From assembly GCA_051439505.1 (NCBI GenBank), contig JBFRWI010000062.1, positions 1 through 34,377 of the forward strand: a stretch of DNA of 34,377 nt, in the 5' to 3' direction. The notes below the pieces were generated by a model. It was given only the letters and a program-made list of their open reading frames with translations, was not told the origin of the DNA and did not search any database. Position numbers and translations under genes: made by a program. The DNA is from Hormoscilla sp. (GTDB taxonomy: Bacteria; Cyanobacteriota; Cyanobacteriia; Cyanobacteriales; Desertifilaceae). Numbering within the stretch: position 1 is the stretch's first letter; every line of letters starts with the position of its first letter. Below are positions 17,155 through 26,068 of this stretch, in pieces.

Positions 17155-19269
17155 ATGGGGAAGCTTGTCGTTGTAAATTTACTAGAAGGAAACTTGGAAC
17201 GGGGTTTTTCTGTTCTCCTAGAGATAGGATTAGATGGCAGGAGACCTGAAATTGAAATTCGAGGCAACCTGCCTCCAGCACCCCACATTTCTGAATCATT
17301 CAGCCAGTGGCAAGAATACTTTCGGAAGAAAGTGAATCCGGGGCGAAGTAGCCAAGAGTCAAATAGCCAAGAGTCAAATAGCACTCGTGCTAAAGCGATA
17401 AAGGCGACTACATTTTCCAGTAGTGACGCCGCTAAGAAATTAGCAACAGACATGAATAGTTGGCTGAATTCGGGAAATAGTGCCGAGTGGCAAAAAATCC
17501 GGGATGCTTTACAGCAAAACTTGAGTCCAGACGAAGAGATTCGGGTGATTATTCAAACTGGGGACAGGAATTTACGGCGACTACCTTGGTCGGTGTGGGA
17601 TTTGTTCGCCGAAACATACACCCAGGCGGAAATTGCCTTGAGTGCGCCCGAGTATAAAGATCCCAGGAGGAGATCCGCCACTCATAAGCATTCAAAGGTG
17701 AGAATCCTAGCTATTATGGGCGATAGCGATGGTATTGATATCGAGTTCGATCGGCAGGAGTTGGAACGCAGCGCATCCAAAGCAGAAATTAAATTTCTCG
17801 AACAGCCGACAAAGAGAGAGTTACTGGAATGGTTGGGAAATGAACGAGGCTGGGATATTTTGTTCTTTGCGGGTCACAGTTCCAGTCAGCCAGATGGTCA
17901 GTTCGGTCAGCTTGATATAAATTCCCATGAGAGTATCAGAATAGATGAGTTAAAAAATACTCTGAGAACTGCTATATCCCAAAGGTTGCAGTTAGTCATT
18001 TTTAATTCTTGTGACGGCTTAGGGTTAGGGAATCAGTTGGCTGAGTTGCATCTGCCACAAAGCATTCTCATGCGCGAAGAGATACCAGACCAGGTGGCAC
18101 AGGAATTCTTACAGCATTTTCTCACTAGCTTTGCAAGTGACAAGTCTCTTTATGCCTCGGTGCTATCTGCACGGCGAAAGCTGGAAGATGCTTATAATGA
18201 AAAATATCCCGGAATTAGTTGGTTGCCAACAATATGTCAAAATCCAGCAGTAGAACCACCCACTTGGCAAGGATTTCAAGGTATTGATAAGGAAAGAGAG
18301 CCTTTTTTCGATCCCCATACTGTAACTTGGAGATGCGCATACACCCTGACTGGACATTCAGACTTTGTCAATTCAGTTGCCATTAGCCCAGATGGACAGA
18401 TGCTTGCCAGTGGCAGTGTCGATCGCACGATTAAACTATGGGACTTGGGTACTGGAGAACTGTTATACAATATCACTGGACATTCCAGTGGAATTACTTG
18501 CGTCACCTTCAGCCATGACGGCAAAACTCTTGCTAGTAGCAGTGCCAATCCTGATGGTACAATAAAACTGTGGGATCCCCAGACGGGAGAACTCAAAGGT
18601 ACTCTCAAGGGAGATGATTGGGTAGTGCTTAGTGTCTGGTCGATCGCCCTTAGCCCGAACGGACAAATCCTGGTCAGCGGACATCAGGTAGACAGTACGG
18701 TTAAAATCTGGAATTTGGGCACGGGGGAATTGCTGCACACCCTCAGAGGTCATGTTTTGGGGGTTAAGACCGTTGCTTTCAGTCCCAATGAGGACATAAT
18801 AGTCAGTGGCGGCTGGGACAGTAATATCAAGATTTGGAATCCCAACACTGGCAGAGAAATCCGCAATTTGAATGGACCGGGTTCCGATCCATTATTGGGT
18901 TTAGTTCCATCATTTTTTAGCCGCAATTTCGTTCATGCTGTTGCCTTCAGTCCCGATGGCACTACTATAGCCAGTGGCGGAGAGAAGCAGCCTATTCAAC
19001 TGTGGCGCGTGAGTAATGGAGAACGAACACTTACTCTGACAGGACATTCTGATGCAGTTTATTCGGTAGCTTTCAGTCCCGACGGACGCACCCTGGTCAG
19101 CGGTAGTGCCGATCGCACCATCAAAATTTGGGACTTATCCACAGGGGAACCGCTTCAGACTCTGGGGCATTCCGATACAGTTTATGCTGTCGCTTTTAGC
19201 CCTGATGGCCGAACTTTAGTGAGTGGCAGTAAGGACAGGACTGTGAAGGTTTGGCGTCTGGGATCCTGA
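17155..19269 (+). CDS. CHAT (caspase/HetF-like) domain plus 7 WD40 repeats
   Basis: LPW, FFAGHS (catalytic His), IFNSCDGL (catalytic Cys), MRE.IPD.VAQEFL; seven GH...WD/WN-type repeats. Confidence 0.93.
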   Translation: MGKLVVVNLLEGNLERGFSVLLEIGLDGRRPEIEIRGNLPPAPHISESFSQWQEYFRKKVNPGRSSQESNSQESNSTRAKAIKATTFSSSDAAKKLATDMNSWLNSGNSAEWQKIRDALQQNLSPDEEIRVIIQTGDRNLRRLPWSVWDLFAETYTQAEIALSAPEYKDPRRRSATHKHSKVRILAIMGDSDGIDIEFDRQELERSASKAEIKFLEQPTKRELLEWLGNERGWDILFFAGHSSSQPDGQFGQLDINSHESIRIDELKNTLRTAISQRLQLVIFNSCDGLGLGNQLAELHLPQSILMREEIPDQVAQEFLQHFLTSFASDKSLYASVLSARRKLEDAYNEKYPGISWLPTICQNPAVEPPTWQGFQGIDKEREPFFDPHTVTWRCAYTLTGHSDFVNSVAISPDGQMLASGSVDRTIKLWDLGTGELLYNITGHSSGITCVTFSHDGKTLASSSANPDGTIKLWDPQTGELKGTLKGDDWVVLSVWSIALSPNGQILVSGHQVDSTVKIWNLGTGELLHTLRGHVLGVKTVAFSPNEDIIVSGGWDSNIKIWNPNTGREIRNLNGPGSDPLLGLVPSFFSRNFVHAVAFSPDGTTIASGGEKQPIQLWRVSNGERTLTLTGHSDAVYSVAFSPDGRTLVSGSADRTIKIWDLSTGEPLQTLGHSDTVYAVAFSPDGRTLVSGSKDRTVKVWRLGS

Positions 19270-19356
19270 TGACAATGTTTGTAACGCGAGTTCTCCGTGT
19301 CAGAAATTGTTAAGTAACTGTCCAACTTACATGGTAATCTAATCCCGTAAGCCATT

Positions 19357-19526
19357 ATACCATTTTGAAAAAAAATGCTACAATTAGTTTCAAAGTATCG
19401 TATTCTTATTAGTCGGTTTTAACCGACTTTAGCTATTAGCCGTGGGTTTTAACCCACGGCGGGCTGACAGCGAAGTCAGAAAAGTACAGGCTACGAAGTG
19501 TAGCAACATTTGCCGACATTTGGTAT
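19357..19526. mobile_element. Probable MITE enclosing REP-like palindromes
   Basis: Imperfect ends ATACCA...TGCTACA / TGTAGCA...TGGTAT; internal AGTCGGTTTTAACCGACT and CCGTGGGTTTTAACCCACGG, as at 9441 and 27631. Confidence 0.55.
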
Positions 19527-19530
19527 TAAT

Positions 19531-20076
19531 TTACCTAAAAATGCGATCCTTACTCGATCGGCTACCGTGCAGACGCCGCACTAATGCCATATCCATATAG
19601 TTTGCATCTGGCACATTTCCAGCCAGAACAGTAAAAGGTTGTTCCGGTTCTCCCAGATGATTCAATAGCAATATTGCATCAGTAAAATCTTGATATCGGG
19701 TATAATCGTTAACTGTTAACACTGTCTTTAACCCAGCTTGACGGGCGGATAGGTTCTTTGCCACCAGAGATTGCCAGCAATTTACCATACAGTTATAGCA
19801 GTTCTCGCCCTTTGTGTGATATGCGATTGGTGAGATTGCTTCGGGGGGGGGGTTAACGCATAAAGCATGAGTTGATCGCGGTTATCCCCCCCCTCGCAAT
19901 GACAAATAGGCGATCGAACATATACCACATCAATGCCGAGATTCGCTATATACCGACCAATGCCAATCTAGATATGCTTCAGCAAAAGCGCCATTAAAGG
20001 CTATTCTATGGCCATCTCGTTCCTTGGAAGCCAAGGTGCCATCAACATCAAAAATAAAAGCTGCTAGTCTACTCAT
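19531..20076 (-). pseudogene. cbbY: CbbY-like HAD hydrolase pseudogene (MITE insertion and large internal deletion)
   Basis: [21 protein letters not shown]...WSV [MITE] LYGKLLAISGGKEPIR is joined out of frame to SARQAGLKTVLTVNDYT...LNHLGEP. Confidence 0.85.
19794..19950. mobile_element. MITE family A, copy 3 (inside cbbY)
   Basis: TATAGCAGTTCTCG...CGAGATTCGCTATA ends; GAGATTGC..CCTCGCAATGAC cargo. Confidence 0.8.
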
Positions 20077-20142
20077 CGCTATTGTCATGCTCGCCGTCAG
20101 GACTATGATATCATAATAGACAAAGTTGAAGACAAAGATTGA

Positions 20143-20803
20143 TATGGTCATCAAGCAAAACCAGAAAAATTGGCTACCTAGTCCGCTCGCCATCTTGATT
20201 ATCCTGTTGCTGGTCGTAACTGGGATAATTGTAGATGCCCGCCCGACTCTAGCACAAGCAAATACTGTCAACTACACCCTCACAGACCTCCAGGGTCGGG
20301 ATTTTTCCCAAAGTGACTTGTCCGGAACCTCATTTGCTGGGGCTGATATGTACAGAGCCAACTTTCGCGGCGCTAATCTCCAGAAAACGATTCTTACCAA
20401 AGGATCTTTTATCAAAGCTGACTTAACCGGAGCTAACCTCACAGATATCTTTGCCGATCGGGTTTCATTTTATGATGCCAATTTAACCAACGCCATTTTT
20501 ACCTATGCCATGCTCAGTAGCAGCATTTTTGTGAAGGCAAATATCACCGGAGCTGATTTTTCCGATGCAATTATTGACCGCTATCAGGTCAAATTAATGT
20601 GCGATCGGGCCTCGGGAGTCAATCCCGTCACCGGAGTATCTACGCGAGCCAGCCTGGGGTGTTCCGAACCAAAATCACTTGTCAATCAAAACACACCAAT
20701 CCCGGATAGCTCCAGGATCTCTGAGCAGGGAGCAGGGGGAGTTAAAAAAGCAGGTTTTCTCCAATTTTTGAAGAAGTTATTTTTGCGATCGCCCCAAAAA
20801 TAA
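20143..20803 (+). CDS. Exported pentapeptide repeat protein
   Basis: Signal peptide, A(D/N)(L/F)xx repeats and the C...[14 protein letters not shown] motif of lumenal pentapeptide proteins. Exact start uncertain: the ORF track opens at TTG 20126 and a nearby ATG (MVIKQ) is likely. Confidence 0.88.
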
Positions 20804-20902
20804 CTCACATATTACACCTGTTGCCATAACACTGTCAAGTGACATTTCCCCCTGTAGCCCAGAAACCCGGGTTTTTTGTCAAAACCGGGTTTCTTATCCC
20901 AT

Positions 20903-21280
20903 TCAAACCTTACCAACCCCGACAAGTTCTCGCTTGCTTTTACTTTCTGCAAATTCCAGAGTCAGGTTAGAGCCACTGCGATGGGCTTCCCAGGGTCCAG
21001 AATCATAATTTCCAACTTGCCACTGTCCCTGTATATAATTTTCATCTTCATTAACAACACCAGTATAACTGATTGGCTCACTACCAGCACCCAGGTAGCG
21101 CTTGATAAAGCTGACGCGGCGTCCAATTACCTCACCGCTTAACAAAGCTTCCCCTAAGGGACCGTCATCCAAGATATTGCCACTCAAGGCGTTTCCACTC
21201 TGGAGGAGAGTAGCTTCAAATCGGGTAGGCATTTCTCTTTGCCAGTAGGTTCCTAGCCAACTACCGCTTAAATCTGTCAT
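20903..21280 (-). CDS. Conserved cyanobacterial hypothetical protein
   Basis: MTDLSGSWLGTYWQ...TRFE...GNILD...YTG...G.W...SGPWEA; start moved to the second Met. Confidence 0.8.
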   Translation of the reverse strand: MTDLSGSWLGTYWQREMPTRFEATLLQSGNALSGNILDDGPLGEALLSGEVIGRRVSFIKRYLGAGSEPISYTGVVNEDENYIQGQWQVGNYDSGPWEAHRSGSNLTLEFAESKSKRELVGVGKV

Positions 21281-21487
21281 GTTCGCCAAATAACTCGACA
21301 ATTGGTTGATTTTAATGCTGCTTATAATTATAAATCATCTTCATCCTGCATCCTCCCATAATCTCATCCCTTCGGATATAGAAATTTTAACTATTTTCAG
21401 TTTTACTCGATCGAAAATTTGCCTCTACATTCATACTTGACGATCTTGCTGCAATTTGTCCATATCCAACAAGTATCAACAGATAAC

Positions 21488-21516
21488 TTGACAGATATCA
21501 GATCATCTGATATGAT
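21488..21516 (+). promoter_or_regulatory. Near-consensus sigma70 promoter with an overlapping palindromic operator, upstream of gshA
   Basis: TTGACA (21488) - 17 nt - TATGAT (21511); ATATCAGAT-C-ATCTGATAT at 21495-21513. Confidence 0.65.
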
Positions 21517-21636
21517 TTTCTACTATGAATCGGTGATTTGGCTAATAAGCACATAAAAAGAAAAGACACAGCCGGGTCAAGATCGCAGATAATAGAAAGA
21601 GCAGAAGAGAACTAAAGAGGGTGGGAAATAATTGCC

Positions 21637-22788
21637 ATGCTACTATCAAAAGGCTTCGAGGTAGAAATGTACACGGGCACGCCATCCGGTGAGATAGTCG
21701 GACTCTCTGACAAAATTGTGGCGGCACTAGATGGGTTTGTACGGGAACCAGACAGCCGTAATGTAGAATACACGACAGCCCCCTTGTGCCGCTATGATGC
21801 CTTGTTGTGTGAGTTGCTACAACCCCGGAGGCGGCTGCGAAAATATATTCAGAGTTTGGGTGATTATACCCTAATTCCTGGGAGTGCCTTGTGCTTAGGG
21901 GGCAGCAAGATTTTCTACCGTTCCGACCCGAACAACCCCTACCACAGCTACATTGAACAAACCTATGGGACAAAAGTAGTCACCGCCAGCATTCATATCA
22001 ACATTGGCATCAGCAACCCAGAATTACTCATGCGGGCCTGTCGCCTGGTGCGGGTAGAAGCGCCCCTTTATCTGGCCCTTAGCGCTTCATCACCGTTTAT
22101 TGACGGTCTAGCAACGGGTTCTCACTCGACTCGCTGGCAAGTTTTCCCCAAAACACCAGCACATGTGCCCCTGTTTACTAGCCACGCCCACCATACCCAA
22201 TGGATGGAAGCACAACTGGAAGCAGGTACAATGCAAAATATCCGTCACCTATGGACCTCAGTGCGACCCAATGGCGATCGCCGCCCCTACGACCTCAACC
22301 GTTTGGAGTTGAGAATTTGCGACTTGGTCACAGACCCGATCGCCTTACTGGCCATCACTGCCCTCTTAGAAGCCCGCCTGTGGCAACTAATTAACGACCC
22401 AGGTTTAGACCCCCTTGAAGCTAGCACCTTACCATCTGCGACACGTGCTGCCGACCTGATCGCCCTCACCGATGCTAATGAAGCAGCAGCAGCTCGCCAT
22501 AGTCTAGATGCTCAACTATTACATTGGCAAGATGGTCGCGCGATCTCCGCCGGAGAATGGATCTGGGAACTTTATCGAGAAGTTTGGCCTTACGCCAAGC
22601 AAGGCGGGTTTAGCTGCTTCCTTTCGCCCCTGCAAAAAATTCTCCGAGAAGGCAATGAAGCCCAGCGGTGGTTAAAACAATCCGAGCAGGGGTTGACGAC
22701 CCATAGTATCATCAAGCAAGCAATTATTGCCACTCAGTTGCGAGAACAAGAACTAGAAGATCAATTGTGCCATTCCCTGGTTGCTTAA
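21637..22788 (+). CDS. gshA: Glutamate--cysteine ligase, cyanobacterial type
   Basis: LLSKGFEVEMYTG, REPDSRNVEY, TASIHINIG, SASSPF, RHLWTSVRPNG, NRLELRICD; next to trmL. Confidence 0.93.
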   Translation: MLLSKGFEVEMYTGTPSGEIVGLSDKIVAALDGFVREPDSRNVEYTTAPLCRYDALLCELLQPRRRLRKYIQSLGDYTLIPGSALCLGGSKIFYRSDPNNPYHSYIEQTYGTKVVTASIHINIGISNPELLMRACRLVRVEAPLYLALSASSPFIDGLATGSHSTRWQVFPKTPAHVPLFTSHAHHTQWMEAQLEAGTMQNIRHLWTSVRPNGDRRPYDLNRLELRICDLVTDPIALLAITALLEARLWQLINDPGLDPLEASTLPSATRAADLIALTDANEAAAARHSLDAQLLHWQDGRAISAGEWIWELYREVWPYAKQGGFSCFLSPLQKILREGNEAQRWLKQSEQGLTTHSIIKQAIIATQLREQELEDQLCHSLVA

Positions 22789-22860
22789 TCTTGACCCGAT
22801 TGAGAACGTCAGCGCGCCGCTTGTCCGATGCGACTAGCATCTGTTGTTAATGACTTGTAA

Positions 22861-22910
22861 CAACTGACAACTGACAACTGACAACTGACAACTATCAACT
22901 GACAACTATC
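22861..22910. repeat. Heptamer short tandem repeat (CAACTGA)n, STRR-type
   Basis: About 7 units; inverse-orientation tract at 30580-30645. Confidence 0.9.
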
Positions 22911-22992
22911 ATCCCCAAAATGGGCAACGCCCTTTTTTGCTTTTTTCCCGATCCGATCTTAAATTCCTTGAACAGAGTTAAATAGCTGCTAG

Positions 22993-23457
22993 ATGCTGAG
23001 AGTTGTCTTGATTGAACCACAAATTCCACCCAATACTGGTAACATTGCCCGCACCTGCGCGGCCACAGGCACCGAACTGCATTTAGTGGGGCCACTGGGT
23101 TTTGAGATTAGCGATCGCCATTTGAAGCGAGCCGGTCTCGATTACTGGCCCTACGTCAACTTGCATCAACATAGTTCTCTGGAAGCCTTTACCGCTTTCG
23201 GACAGCAGCTAGGAGGACGATGGATTGGTTTTAGCACTAAAGGCAGCTATAACTATGTCAAATTCCAATACCAGCCTGGTGACTGGCTGTTATTTGGTAG
23301 CGAAACCACCGGTCTGGCACCATCTCTACTAGCAGCCTGCGCTGCTACCGTTTATATTCCCATGACCCAGCCAGGGGTTCGCAGCCTCAATCTTTCCGTC
23401 AGCGCCGCCGTGGGTTTGTTTGAAGCCAGGCGTCAATTAGGTCTTCTCGAAAGATAG
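22993..23457 (+). CDS. trmL: tRNA (cytidine34-2'-O)-methyltransferase
   Basis: PQIPPNTGNIARTC, KRAGLDYW, LFGSETTGL, RSLNLSVS. Confidence 0.96.
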   Translation: MLRVVLIEPQIPPNTGNIARTCAATGTELHLVGPLGFEISDRHLKRAGLDYWPYVNLHQHSSLEAFTAFGQQLGGRWIGFSTKGSYNYVKFQYQPGDWLLFGSETTGLAPSLLAACAATVYIPMTQPGVRSLNLSVSAAVGLFEARRQLGLLER

Positions 23458-23976
23458 ATGGGAATTTTCTTGCTTGGAAGTTCTCTGGCATCAGCCCCCT
23501 GTCAGCCCAGGGTAGCCCGCAGTCATCTCCGTGAAGCTGTATCTGTAGGGAGTTATACGGTTGTAGTTGGCCCCAGAACTAGCATATAATTTATGTCCCA
23601 ACTACGATCTGCTTCCACCAGACCGGGCATCCGATGAAAGTCTCCCGAAGAGAGTCAGGGTTGCTAGTGAGAGAAGATTCGCCCAAAAGTATTTCTGGTA
23701 ACAGTCAGATCTGGGAATCGGTGACTATAACATCGGGACCACCATCTGCGATCGTCAAAGGATAAAAATCCCGCGCGATGGCAGTTGAGTGCTCCGCGAG
23801 TGATACCGATCGAAACGAGAGCAAGCAATTTCCTTGCTTTACTCACACAGTGATGATATCATAACCCGAGCCTAATGCCTGCGATCGCCATCCCCACTTA
23901 TAGGTGAGTTAGGTCACGATCATGGGACTTAGGTTCGGAAAGGACAGTTAAGTGTTCGCCATGAGGAGGTCGTCCT

Positions 23977-25794
23977 TTGAAAGGAACATTACCCCAGAAG
24001 GTTTGTCAGTCGGTTGATGGCCTAAGCAATGCTCCAGCAGCACGCTCGGGTGCATCAAACGTAAGCTCAAAGCAGACGCAACCAGAAACAAATCGTCGGG
24101 TTGGCTCGGCGGCTGCGGCAATAGGGCTAGTCGCCATATCTAGCCTGTTTATGCACCAAAAGAGTGACAGAGCAATGGCAGCAGAACCGGTGGGAAAGGC
24201 GCCGGCGATCGGGACAGGTTTGGGTTCTGCTGCCACAGAAACCCCAACTATGCCAGCTACCGATTTTTCCGGCACGGTGGCTCTCGGGGCCGTGACAAGT
24301 TGGTTCTCCGACGCTACAGATGGGCATGAGTGGGAGTGGTCGCCAGCATTATACTGGTCTGGTGGTGAGGCACAACCCCAGTTCCAAATATCTGTTGAGG
24401 AGACGGAATCGCTAGGCTTTGTGGAACTGCCATTGAAGCCAAGAGGAGAGGTTATTGAATCGAGTTCAGCTAATCAGTTGAGCGGGTATGAAAGGTTCGA
24501 TGTCAATCAAACCGTCACTAGAGATCGATCGCAGCCCATAACTAGCCAGGTGCCCCAGCTGTTGACCTCTACGGCTGTACTATCCGATTTTTCCGGCACG
24601 GTGGGTACCGATATGGTGCCATTTATGGTTTCCCAGTCATTCGGGCCCGATGAGGGCTTGGTTACTACCAGTAGGGAAACATCGGTTTTGGCCCCGGATT
24701 TGGCTGGCAATGTACCATCCAATATTCCAGAAATGACCTCAGTTCATCCCATATATGTGGATGGCTTGAGGGCGGAAATCCAGGGATTACGGGAAAAATA
24801 TCACGTCCAAGAGCGGTCTAGGGACCGGCAATATCTGGAGACTCCCAGGATAGTTGCGACTGGTCTGGGTTCAGAACAGATGGGTGAGTCCCCTAGTCCA
24901 CTCAGGAACCGACATCGGGTGATGCCTGGAGAGACGCTGGCAGAAATCTCTCGTCAGTATGATGTCTCTATACCGGAATTGATCGAGGCCAATCAACTAA
25001 CAGATGAGAATCAGATCAAAGTTAATCAACTTCTGAACATTCCCCCTAAAAGGCCAGCAAGCAGTTTCGGGTTTGCTAGGGCTGAAAGTTCAACTTTCAA
25101 TAATGCCCTAGAGACTGCAGAACATAACCGGTATATAAATCGGTTGCTCTTGGAGATCAAGAGAAGGCAGCAGCACCAGGAAAATGGGGCCCTTTTGCCC
25201 GCTGTCCAGCCGGAACCGTCTCCAGCAGCTGTAGCACCGCCAGCAAGCAGGGAGACGTCAACGGAAAAGAAAAAGAAACCAGAAACGGTGGCAGTAGCCC
25301 CTATGTGGAGGAATACCTACGATCCTTTGATGCCATGGGATCAGACAGTTTCTCCACAGTTACCACCGCTACAAGCACCGGACAGATACTTGCCAGAAGG
25401 AACGGCCCCCTTTAATGGCTATATCTGGCCAGCTAAGGGAACTTTGACTTCAGGCTATGGCTGGCGGTGGGGACGGATGCATAGGGGGATTGATATTGCA
25501 GGACCGATCGGAACGCCGATTTTATCAGCAGGTTCTGGAGTGGTAGACTTTGCTGGCTGGAATCGTGGTGGCTATGGTAATCTAGTTGAGATTCGCCATC
25601 CCGATGGCAGTTTAACTCGCTATGCCCATAATCACCGTATTCTGGTGAGCAAGGGTCAGCAAGTTAAGCAAGGTCAGCAAATTGCCGAAATGGGCAGCAC
25701 CGGATACAGCACTGGCCCGCACCTGCATTTTGAGCTCCATCCATCCGGTAAGGGAGCGGATAACCCCATATCTTATCTCCCTCCCCGGAATTAG
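23977..25794 (+). CDS. LysM plus M23 peptidoglycan DD-metalloendopeptidase (NlpD-like)
   Basis: AGGAGG RBS and TTG start; LysM HRVMPGETLAEISRQY; WPAKG, HRGIDIA, YAH, STGPHLHFE. Confidence 0.92.
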   Translation: MKGTLPQKVCQSVDGLSNAPAARSGASNVSSKQTQPETNRRVGSAAAAIGLVAISSLFMHQKSDRAMAAEPVGKAPAIGTGLGSAATETPTMPATDFSGTVALGAVTSWFSDATDGHEWEWSPALYWSGGEAQPQFQISVEETESLGFVELPLKPRGEVIESSSANQLSGYERFDVNQTVTRDRSQPITSQVPQLLTSTAVLSDFSGTVGTDMVPFMVSQSFGPDEGLVTTSRETSVLAPDLAGNVPSNIPEMTSVHPIYVDGLRAEIQGLREKYHVQERSRDRQYLETPRIVATGLGSEQMGESPSPLRNRHRVMPGETLAEISRQYDVSIPELIEANQLTDENQIKVNQLLNIPPKRPASSFGFARAESSTFNNALETAEHNRYINRLLLEIKRRQQHQENGALLPAVQPEPSPAAVAPPASRETSTEKKKKPETVAVAPMWRNTYDPLMPWDQTVSPQLPPLQAPDRYLPEGTAPFNGYIWPAKGTLTSGYGWRWGRMHRGIDIAGPIGTPILSAGSGVVDFAGWNRGGYGNLVEIRHPDGSLTRYAHNHRILVSKGQQVKQGQQIAEMGSTGYSTGPHLHFELHPSGKGADNPISYLPPRN

Positions 25795-25810
25795 TCGCTG
25801 CTTCCGAGAC

Positions 25811-25837
25811 ATCGGGGGAACTTAAATTTCCCCCGAT
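25811..25837 (+). terminator. Hairpin after the M23 gene
   Basis: ATCGGGGGAA stem pairs with TTCCCCCGAT; it is followed by an A-tract rather than a T-tract. Confidence 0.5.
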
Positions 25838-25851
25838 CGCCCAAAAAAAAT

Positions 25852-25881
25852 TTGCACAGTTTCATTGCTGTATGTTATATT
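25852..25881 (+). promoter_or_regulatory. tRNA promoter
   Basis: TTGCAC - 18 nt - TATATT with an extended TG, 10 nt before the tRNA. Confidence 0.6.
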
Positions 25882-25891
25882 AGGAAAGTAA

Positions 25892-25964
25892 GGCTCAGTA
25901 GCTCAGTGGTTAGAGCAGGGGACTCATAAGCCCAAGGTCGGCAGTTCAAATCTGCCCTGAGCCA
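25892..25964 (+). tRNA. tRNA-Met (CAT), elongator type
   Basis: Acceptor stem GGCTCAG/CTGAGCC, anticodon loop CTCATAA, T-loop GTTCAAAT; CCA not encoded. Confidence 0.95.
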
Positions 25965-26068
25965 TTAACTTAGCACCCGACAAGCAGGCGTAAGCCCGGC
26001 TGCCTGCTGTTGTAAGCTATGATGGGTAAGCGAGTCCGGCTCCATCGAGAGCTTCACATCGGGAAAAC

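Noticed and set aside
17350..17381. 15-bp duplication (SQESN twice) in the CHAT gene
   Set aside because: In-frame slippage in a probable loop; no evidence of function
25892..25964. Initiator tRNA-fMet
   Set aside because: G1-C72 is paired, whereas initiator tRNAs have a 1-72 mismatch
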